A stretch of DNA of 37,589 nt, taken from the NCBI GenBank assembly GCA_020536535.1, contig JAHLWZ010000241.1, positions 1-37,589 on the forward strand. Reading direction: 5' to 3'. Below are positions 1-8,762 of the stretch, piece by piece. Both the position numbers and the translations under genes were made by a program. The notes under the pieces are model-generated. The model worked only from the letters and a program-made list of their open reading frames with translations, had not been told where the DNA came from and made no database searches. Numbering within the stretch: the first letter of the stretch is position 1; the number at the start of each line of letters is the position of its first letter. This DNA comes from Pelomyxa schiedti (Eukaryota > Protista > Evosea).

Positions 1-336
1 TACCTTGGTGTTGCGGGTATCTTCCAGTTCTCCAAGTGAAAATTAACAATATGTAGCAATCCAATATTGGAAACATTGACATGCGATTGCTGAACAATGA
101 AGCCAATTTCATGATTCAAGCGATGATACAAATAATTAACGAGCAGTACTTAGTTCCAACTAGCATACCAGATTTCAACGGTATGGATAGGCAACACTGG
201 AGTGGGTTTTTTTCATAAATGCGCACAAGGTATACGTTTTATCTCTGAACAACTACTCTGGGGAGCTGGGTACATCTGGTTTGGAGCCAACCTTGACATA
301 CAACAGATTCCCAAACTCCAAAAACTACGAACATGA
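1..336 (+). CDS. 3' end of LBP/BPI-family gene, duplicate copy (partial)
   Basis: Same last exons as 10575-10910 (…NIGNIDMRLLNNEANFMIQ…|GIRFISEQLLWGAGYIWFGANLDIQQIPKLQKLRT*), TGA at 334-336. Confidence 0.8.
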
Positions 337-373
337 ACACTTACTTCTTAAGTGCTTGTCGCACCTCGAAGTC

Positions 374-1660
374 TCAGGTTTCCCCACAGACCATAAATTT
401 TCTTCCACAACAAAAAGTACTATCCTCGAAGTAGAAGTCGTGCTCACGTCTTTCCGAATGTACAGGTACCAAACATATTGTTGTCGACTTGCTTGGTTCT
501 TGACGAGTCGTTTCTGTTTGTCGAGTTAACCAATCTGAGTAGCAAAAGTAGGAACATACCCACAGTAGGGGCCCCAGTAAATTGAAGTTGTAACTTGTCC
601 AACTCATTGCATACCACAAGGCAACCTTGTGGAGGGTGTTTACTGATTTAGCAAGGTCTTTTATCAGTAAGGGGTGTCAATTTCACAAGTTCCTGAAACT
701 TCTCAGCTGGATTGCTGCAGGTTGAGCAGAATACCTTTAGAAGAGAACGCATCATCTCTTGCAGGAACGGTGAAAAATGAAGATGTCCGAAAAAACTTCA
801 TTCTGAAGTTTGTTGAATGGGCATAATTAGCAAGGAGGGTAGAATGTTATGCTTGGTCAGTGAAAAAAGAAAAGGGAGGAAAAGTAACGTCTTCCATCGC
901 ACGACAACTGGAGCAGTTGTTCGTCTCAGTGGGAGTACAATCGAATTGACTCTCAGCCTGACTCCCAAACTCACAGCACAGTGATGGGCTTCCACTGCCC
1001 TCAGATTATCCTCAGAGACCAGGTTCTGGGACCAGACTCAGCCGAGGAATCTGATCAATCAAGGTAGTTTAGTTTCGCGGCTGTTTGTGTGTATTGACTA
1101 CGCCACGCGCCGCGGACCTTGAACGTGCCCAGCTTAGTGTTTGTGCTTGCAATTGGAAACCGCTCCCACAATGGTGGGACTGCTCCTTGTCCTTTTGTCC
1201 CTGTGCACTGCTGTTCGCACCCACACTCGGCAAGCACGCTATGGACGATCCACCGCGCTACACCCCAATGGTGGGGCTGTGGCGTCGTCGGCATTGTGGG
1301 ACTGACACTGGGTATTCCCAAATCATCGACCCATGTTGTCTTCCATCAGTTGGACGTTGGTCATCAGCCATTCCTTCCCACGTGGAGTCATCATCCGAAC
1401 CCACAAAGGCCTTTGTCTCCCATCATTAAGGTTATTCCCTCTCATGCTTGTGATATATGTCGTTGATAGCCCTACGAACAGCAATCGCGTAACTGTGGTT
1501 TCCATTGTGACCGAACACTCACGGGTGTACCTGCCTCCAAACAAATGTGTAGTTTCCAGTTCTCAGAAAAACCCCTTCATCAAAACACCAGGAAGGAGGC
1601 ATGGCACACCCGCGGGCTACTCAAGTGTATTAGGACCGAAACTACGCAAAGGGCAAACAT
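374..1660 (-). pseudogene. Decayed unidentified gene remnant, possibly MORN-repeat-like (copy 1)
   Basis: Only short broken frames on the minus strand (e.g. FVGSDDDSTWEGMADDQRPTDGRQHGSMIWEY), intron-like pyrimidine tracts, and frame-breaking differences between the two copies. The family guess is weak. Confidence 0.25.
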
Positions 1661-1703
1661 AACCAGGTCTACAAAGTGATTTATTGCCTTTTGAACAGAG
1701 TGT

Positions 1704-2898
1704 TTATGGGTATTGGAATATTTGGGAGGACCAGGGTGATACAACCACAATGAGGCCTGTTGATCTGAGATCCTCTGCACTTCGTTGGTACTGGGTTCCC
1801 GTGAAAAGTTCCGTGATGGTGACAGTCCCACTTCCTGATACATCACTCAGAACAATGTAGCCGCTAATTGAATTTGGGTTAGCATTGCATTATGAGGAGC
1901 AAAGGTTGAAAGAAAGCGCGGAAAAGGACCTTCCGGAAGTGTCTGAGAAGTTGACAACAACTAGCCGCTTGGATGATCCATTGTAGTTCCATTTCCAGGC
2001 CATCAAACGCCAGCAATCAGTGGTTCCAGTGACTGAGAGGTATGTCCAAGTTCCGCTTGTGAAGGCAGAATCTTTAACTATCGCATTGAACTTGGTGTAG
2101 AAGTCACTTGTGTAGGTCCATGGTGTTTCAGGCTGTGCTCTTCGGAAGTGGACGTCAAGTTTGTTTTCATATCCCTCCCTTTTTTTTTTTGGTTACAGAG
2201 GTTGCTGTGATACTTTCGAAAAGGGTACAGCAAACCATTGATCCTGGAAGAAGAATCTCATTCCTGGAAGAGTCATTGATACCACAGCTGCCATGTGAGC
2301 GCGGGAGCGGCCTAGAGTTAAATTACAGTCTGAAGGTAGCGTTATTCCAACCACAAGTACCTGGACAGTTAGTAGCGGAACAGCAAGAAGCTGAATTTGC
2401 AGCATCATTGCAGGTATTACAGTCACAGCAAGAGGCATATCCATCTGCAGGGCAGATACTGCCACAACAATCAGGGTATCTTTTGGGATAGGTTAGGCCT
2501 TTGGCAAAAAATAAGTTAAAGAGACACACCCTCCGCACATTACTTGGTCACAATTGTATGAAAATACATTTGCTGAGCGATCTTCATCCTAAGGATTGTA
2601 TTCAGAGAAAAAAGCATAAGGCTTTCCGTACATGATTCTCAACAAAGTGAGCACTGTGTTTCCAAAAAGTTTGTGTTTCAGCATAAGTAATCCTACAAAA
2701 ATCAGGAAGAAACCACATGGAAACAGCCTTTACCAGTTCCTTATTTCATCAAGGTCACATTGCTAGGAGAATATAAGAAAATAAAAAAGAAGAAATTATG
2801 CGCTACTTTCAGACGGTCTAAAATAGTTTTTTCATAAACAAAATCGAAGCCTTGGTTAATCAAAATGTTCAATTGATCGTTGAAGTCATATGTCTGAG
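1704..2898 (-). CDS. 3' half of GH13 alpha-amylase-family gene, duplicate copy (truncated)
   Basis: Matches 12474-13661 and keeps the ENH|DEDR, TLPGMRFFFQDQW and WKWNYNG exons and the stop at 1704-1706. The 5' half is absent (junction at 2891-2898, then the gap). Confidence 0.8.
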
Positions 2899-3001
2899 AA
2901 GTTGACAACAACTAGCCGCTTGGATGATCCATTGTAGTTCCATTTCCAGGCCATCAAACGCCAGCAATCAGTGGTTCCAGTGACTGAGAGGTATGTCCAA
3001 G
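2891..3001. repeat. Restart copy of 1940-2051 joined through the 8-bp microhomology tgtctgag
   Basis: 2891-3001 (tgtctgagaagttgacaac…gtatgtccaag) is identical to 1940-2051. Confidence 0.95.
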
Positions 3002-3101
3002 NNNNNNNNNNNNNNNNNNNNNNNNNNNNNNNNNNNNNNNNNNNNNNNNNNNNNNNNNNNNNNNNNNNNNNNNNNNNNNNNNNNNNNNNNNNNNNNNNNN
3101 N
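3002..3101. other. Scaffold gap (100 N)
   Basis: Run of 100 n characters. Confidence 1.
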
Positions 3102-4036
3102 CACTTGCGGCTGCGTTGTTGCCACTGCTCCCGCCAGTGCCGTCCCGAGGCTGCTGGGCGTGCTGTGGGGTAGCGGCAGCAGGTACAGCTGTCGAGCTGC
3201 TGTTGTCGTTGTTGTTGCGGTGTCTCACTGAACTGAACTGATTTGATTTGAATTTCATATTTCTTCTGGTGATCATTGACTGAATGTGTTGCATTGCTAG
3301 AGAACAATCGAAATCACTACAGAAATTGACGATGCATTCTCCAAGCTGCGAGGGGATATTGCTGCATTATTAGACAAAAAGATCGCTGCACTGAAGGCCG
3401 AAGCTGATGCTAATTTAGAAGTATGCCTGCTAGTGGCGAGTTATACTCTCGTATTTACCCAAATTATTGCGGAAACAGCATTCGCTGAAGCAACTGAAGG
3501 CACTCGACACAATAAAACTCTGCACAAACCAAACAGTGAGATCCTCATTTTCTTGTTTTCTCTAACAGTGGCAATTTGCCTTGCAACACAGTTATTTTTC
3601 CCGAGAGAGAGAACAAGAGTACTGCTGGCAGCCCTCATTGACAACATTCACATCTTCCGTGGTATGAGTAGCTTGCAAATTACTCCGTCTAACAAGAACA
3701 CAAGGAACCCACATACTGGACCTGCCACTGTATTGTCCCGAATAGTCGCGCTGTTACCTTCGACTTGCATCCTCGTTGTTCGCTCCGTGTGCCTTGATTT
3801 TTGGCATGCAGTTCGGAAGGGTTAGTACAATAATTCCCAATACAACATTCATTGACCAGGCCACAGTTTATAATTGCAATGTCGAGAAGCGCTTTGAGCC
3901 TCTAAGTTCACAACAACACGGTAGATGGTCATTCCCTTCAGGAGACACCATAAGCACACCCACAATGGACTTCCGAATCTTGATGAACACAAAAGCCGGC
4001 ATTGGAGTGTATTGTAATTGGATTACAAGTACATGA
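3102..4036 (+). CDS. Partial multi-exon gene, uncharacterised coiled-coil protein (5' end in the gap)
   Basis: Exon 3301-3420 (tag|RTIEITTEIDDAFSKLRGDIAALLDKKIAALKAEADANLE|gtatgc) is heptad-like. Further GT-AG-bounded exons follow, and the last open frame ends …GIGVYCNWITST* at 4036. The model is uncertain. Confidence 0.4.
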
Positions 4037-4133
4037 CGAGAAAACTTTCTGCCACTTGCTTGAAACTTGATGCTGAATCGAGGCGTGCAATGAAGGGAAT
4101 TGGAGTGAATCATGGTTGTACAACTCCAGCAAA

Positions 4134-4311
4134 GAAGGGACGCATGTGTTATTAACTCAAGTCTTGTCCGCGAGTAGAACATAAGCATAATCGGCTTCTG
4201 TGACAACCCTCGAGGGCCTAAATAAGCAAGCCATCGGTACACAAAAAGAAAGAACGTACCTTAAAAAAGGCGAAAAATCCAAAATTGAAGGGACGCATGT
4301 GTTATTAACTC
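4134..4311. repeat. Exact 25-bp direct repeat gaagggacgcatgtgttattaactc (4134-4158 and 4287-4311)
   Basis: Read directly, with a 128-bp spacer. Confidence 0.95.
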
Positions 4312-4365
4312 GTTTCAAATTTTTTTCATTATTAAAAAAATTGGCCTCGCAATTAACAACTAGAA

Positions 4366-5622
4366 ATGAGCGACGCACCGCAACCACCTCCGGAGAAGAA
4401 GCCGAGAGTCGAGAAGGGGAGGTCCAGGCGAAACAAGAAGCACAAGAAGAAGGCGCGGCAGGAGCCTGCGCCGACAACCTATGCGGCTGCCTTCGGCGCG
4501 GTGCGGACCCAGATGCTCGCGCTGCTCGCCGCCGCCCTCCCGCGGTGCGGCGTGGCGTGCCCGTTCACCAGAGCTGTTGCTGACAACGGATTCTTGATGA
4601 GAACGCTGTGGAACGCCTTCATGTGCGGCGGCACTAAATTTTTCTGCGTGTCGATGAGCAGGGGCATGATGGCGCAGACCCCGGTGAAGTTGGTGACGTT
4701 TGGCGTAGGCCGCACTCTTGGGATTGTGGGACCGCAACGAATCAACGCGGCGGTGCCGTATGACAGCTTGGCTGCAGTGGAGCCGAATTCAATTGTGGGA
4801 GTGCATCGACAGCGCTCTGGAAACAGTACACGTAACTTCTGGGTTTCTGATCTTATATCTGGGCACCAATGGGAGGTTCTGAGGGAGTCTTTAAATACTG
4901 TGGTATATGGGGCTAATTCAAAGTGGATTCTGCTATATGACTGGAACGCGAAAAAGATTACTCTTGGGAACCTTGGAACCAACACTATCACGGAGCATGG
5001 TACATCTTTTTTGTTGCAGGGGAACACAATGGCGCTTCCTGTTGTATTTCTTGAAGCCTCCTTCTTCTTCAATTCTACGGCTCTGGACCAAGCTGCTCTT
5101 ATTGTTAAACTTGCCAAGGATGCCCCACCGCTGTTATATCTTCTGGATCTGGATGCGACTGGAAGGGCCCCAGCTATAGTTGTGAAGAATGCGAGAAACT
5201 GGTTCACAGCAGATGACTATTACTTTGCCAATGGCTATATTTTCTCCAAAGCAAACATGGAAAGCTACGTTATAAGGATGCTCAATGAAGATTGGTCAGC
5301 TGGGGATGTGTACGAAATATATGGTGCTCCAAACTTCATCTCAGGCCCTGCTGATGGTCTCTGGCAACTCAGTCCCTCAAACTTCCTTGTTGATAGGTCA
5401 GATACACACAACCTAGAAATCTGGGACATTTACAACAGTACGAGGCCAGTACAAGTGGTGAGCCGCCTCCCTGCATGGCATAAAATTGTAGCTGAAGCTG
5501 GATACCTGTTTGTAGAAACAGCCAATGCCATAGAAGTAAGGGAGCAAAGCTCTAATACACTCGTTTTGTTGTTGGAAGTCGACGACGCAAACATCTCCCA
5601 AATTGTGTCCAAGTCCCTATAA
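4366..5622 (+). CDS. Intronless 418-aa hypothetical protein with a basic NLS-like N-terminus and beta-rich body
   Basis: Long uninterrupted ORF with A-rich ATG context and KKPRVEKGRSRRNKKHKKK. The QMLALLAA..PRCG motif resembles, from memory, an expanded Pelomyxa hypothetical family. Confidence 0.8.
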   Translation: MSDAPQPPPEKKPRVEKGRSRRNKKHKKKARQEPAPTTYAAAFGAVRTQMLALLAAALPRCGVACPFTRAVADNGFLMRTLWNAFMCGGTKFFCVSMSRGMMAQTPVKLVTFGVGRTLGIVGPQRINAAVPYDSLAAVEPNSIVGVHRQRSGNSTRNFWVSDLISGHQWEVLRESLNTVVYGANSKWILLYDWNAKKITLGNLGTNTITEHGTSFLLQGNTMALPVVFLEASFFFNSTALDQAALIVKLAKDAPPLLYLLDLDATGRAPAIVVKNARNWFTADDYYFANGYIFSKANMESYVIRMLNEDWSAGDVYEIYGAPNFISGPADGLWQLSPSNFLVDRSDTHNLEIWDIYNSTRPVQVVSRLPAWHKIVAEAGYLFVETANAIEVREQSSNTLVLLLEVDDANISQIVSKSL

Positions 5623-6399
5623 GAAAAAGAAAATGCTTTTTCTTTTGCATTCAATCCACCAGAGAAAGAAAGAATGGTGTTCACTAATACACTCGATTTG
5701 TTTTTTGACTAGTCGAATAACAGATACCGCTATCGGCACGCATGAGTGCGACATCTAGTGGGGAGTGAGGATGAAAGACACCCGTTTTGTGACAACCGCT
5801 TCGGCTGTTCCCGACCATTGCACATCTCAACCTGGTGCACCCACTGGGGGCCGACCCCACCAATCACCCCCAGAAAAAGGGCTCACAACAACAAAGGGTT
5901 CCAAGTTTCATCTCAATCACAAAGTACCAAACACCATCGTGGAGGTTCACCTTTGGCTTTTAACACCCAGACCTTGTCTCACATCCATACAAACTTTAAC
6001 ACCTCCTCCTCCACTTTTTGTTACGTCAGGACCACCCTCAGCACTACACCTGACATTGCGATCACATATTTCACTTAGAGACGGTATGTCATCAACAACC
6101 ACAGTACAATCGTCAGTAGACAATAACTTGCCTTACCTAGGTTTTGGTTGTTTTTTTTTTTGTTTAACAACTCAACCCAATATAATTTGGAATATTAATA
6201 TAATTTAATTTAATATAATATTCCAAATGTCTTTCATGAGGATCACAGACAACTTGTCATACTTGCTATGCATCTAAAAAAAAATCAGTTTTCCCAATGG
6301 AAGGGTATTTAACATGTGTCAAGAGCTCTTGTTCAAGGTGTTGGGCTTTAGTTTTCATTGTCTCTCTGCTTTTCGGAGTGAAACCATTACCCCACATTT

Positions 6400-6782
6400 C
6401 AGGAATATCTGCTTTAGAAAAAGGCAGTATCCCCTTAATCAACAGTTGAGCTGTTCCTCCAATTAATTAAATTATATTAATATAATTTAATTTGGAATAT
6501 GCCCAACTACTGGGACAACTGGGATGTAAGTAAATGGTTACTCTTTAGTTTGAAACAAACTATTTTCAGGTTGACCCGCACTGTGTTTGTGAAGTTGTTG
6601 AGTCAGGGCCGATACGAGCCACTTTGAAGGTGTCAACTTTGGTATGTAGTCGGAGGAGCCGTTAAATGATCTGACATCATCAATCATCCAGTTACTTCCT
6701 AAGTGCAAGATCACACAGTGGATATCTCTCAAGTGTACCGGCAAATACTTAGAGTTCAAGACCCAAGTATAATGGAAGGAAG
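6400..6782 (+). pseudogene. Fragment of GH38 (MAN2C1/Ams1-type) alpha-mannosidase C-terminal region
   Basis: Exon-like pieces NMPNYWDNWDV|, FEVVESGPIRATLKVST| and KCKITQWISLKCTGKYLEFKTQV*WKE match the GH38 YWDAWDV / ESGPLRA / ITQxISL…LEFxTxVDW pattern. There is an in-frame TAA at ~6770 and no catalytic domain is seen. Confidence 0.65.
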
Positions 6783-6859
6783 GTTAAAAAAAAACATCAG
6801 GAGGCAGTACTACCTGCTCTTCAAATAAAGGAAATCTCATTTCCAACTCACTGCCTTAG

Positions 6860-8030
6860 TGACACTGAGAGGGTTTTCCGAAATTCTTGTAAGGAAGAGC
6901 TTCACATCTTGTTGTACAGTTCGACAGTACGAGCAGGAGGCAACACTTCTCGAGTACGTGCCTCCTTTTTATTTATTTTTTTTTTTCACATTCCAATAGT
7001 TACGCACGTGGCGAGCCAGTTGTCAAGCTGCATGGTCTGCACTCCCTGCCTTTTCTTTCGCTTTTTTTTTTTTCCCCCCCATTTTGGAACTTCTTTGCAA
7101 ACAGTCCTTGACTAACTGCCATTGCCCGCAGCATACTGTACTGAACCACCGGCCTTATTTCTGGAGGCCATGGATAGTGACCTTGAGCGATTAATACACG
7201 ACCCAACGACAAGCAGCCTACACCAGACGGGGGGTTTGACACTACGAATTAAAATGAAGATCATACTCGAAGCGGTAGGCTCAATTATTCTATGTTTCCC
7301 CCACCCCACTGATTGTTTCCTCTATCTATTGTTTCTTTCTTGACAAGGTGATATCTATCAATTGGTTGCATGAAAAATTCCACATCATGATACACAGTGA
7401 CCCCTTTCTTGGTCTCTTGACCAACCCAACAATATCCAAAGGGACATCAAATTGAGTAATTTTTGTGTAGACATTAAGGACGCTGAGAATATCACTGTTA
7501 AGGTCTCTATTTTCGAAACAGTCCATCCTTTTCCTGTTTTTTGAGGGAAAGTAGCTCATGTATTTTAGGTCAAGTGAGGTATTGAAGGAAGGGAAAAAGC
7601 ACTCAATGAAATTTAAACATCTCGGAACTTGTGAGTCCCGTTCTCTCAAATTTTGCAATTGCAAATGTAAACGTAATTTTAGATTACTATCTTGCCCCGG
7701 AACTTCTAGAACCTCAAGCCAAATTCACGTCCTTTGCTACTGACGTGTATGCATTTTCAATACAAACCTCTAGATAAAGTTGCCACCATTTTGTTCAATA
7801 ATAATAAATGACAACAGCAACAATATAAGCTCCTTTTATAATTCACACTTAGAACACCAGCAACAAAACACGAAGAGCATGCATAATCTAACATCCAGTG
7901 CAGGTTTGCCTTTTCACATCTGATGTTTGAAGTGCTCACTGAGTCCTATCCCTGGGGAAACCTCTCTGAAGAAGAATGGCACGCCAAGGTGCTCAAGGGG
8001 AACCCGCTAGAAATCCCTGCACGCATTTTT
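6860..8030 (+). pseudogene. Degenerate TKL-like protein kinase
   Basis: Pieces CTEPPALFLEAMDSDLERLIHD…LTLRIKMKIILE, INWLHEKFHIMIH, DIK-AENI, YLAPELL…ATDVYAF and LMFEVLTESYPW are present. No recognisable G-loop or DFG, and the frames appear broken. Confidence 0.65.
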
Positions 8031-8444
8031 TTGGCAAGAAGGAAAGGAACTTCAGGCATGACGTTTGTAGACCTCTGGTTAGAATGCTTAATATCCTTCA
8101 ATTTTTCTTACACCTAACCAGGTATCCCGATTGGTTGACAAGCGGCGCATCACATTCCATGGAAGTACTTCCATGGGTCCGTGGGAGGTTTATTACGATT
8201 ACTCCAGTTCAGTTCGATACGCTCCGATTACCCTGGCTTACTCTAACTTACTCGGTTTACTTTGATGCACTCTGAGCCATCCAGAGAGGGAGGAGACATG
8301 CAACCCAAATGCAGGACCCCCTTGATACCCAGAGAGCGTTTAAGAGAAGGAGGGAATGTGTGGGGTCCCACCCAACCCAGTGACCAATCACAGTCAAGGT
8401 CACCCCAACCGGAACTGACTACTCAGGACTCTGGCCTCCCCTAT

Positions 8445-8499
8445 CACACACACAACACACAACACACACAACACACACACACGCACGCACACACACACA
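8445..8499. repeat. Imperfect (CA)n microsatellite
   Basis: cacacacacaacacacaacacacaacacacacacacgcacgcacacacacaca. Confidence 0.9.
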
Positions 8500-8762
8500 G
8501 CACTGACGTCACCATCACTCCAAGCACGAATCACACACAACACAGACGAGAACGAGAATTAAGAGAATCCCTCATCCCCTTCGTACGAACGGTTCGCAGT
8601 CCTGCCGGGTATACTACACCCCTTCATCCCTAAACCCACTAAGAGGGAAAAAAAAAATCACACATCTTTTTTGGTGTTCTTGTTTTGTTTGGACTGGAAT
8701 TAGGCAGTAATCCCCTGCCACTACATCTAGTTCATTTATTCCGCTCGGTCATCGTGTGTGCA

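Larger units (their letters stand above)
1..2898. repeat. Near-identical second copy of 10575-13661 (allelic haplotig or recent segmental duplication)
   Basis: Base 1 (taccttggtgttgcggg) matches 10575. Identity runs to 465/11039, resumes at ~625/11459 and continues to 2898/13661 with scattered SNPs and small indels. Confidence 0.95.

Noticed and set aside
798-870. SLLIMPIQ as a RhoGEF (DH) motif
   Set aside because: It is followed by QTSE* rather than RIPRY, with no other DH support.
2886-3307. ORFs spanning the N run
   Set aside because: Artefacts of translating through the gap.
4134-4311. CRISPR-like repeat
   Set aside because: Only two copies, a 128-bp spacer, eukaryotic context and no cas genes.
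5746-6208. ORFs of 110-147 aa
   Set aside because: No recognisable motifs; they run into T-rich and AT-rich tracts within a decayed region.
6765-6775. In-frame TAA in the GH38 fragment as stop-codon reassignment
   Set aside because: TAA, TAG and TGA all end intact genes in this window, so the fragment is simply a pseudogene.
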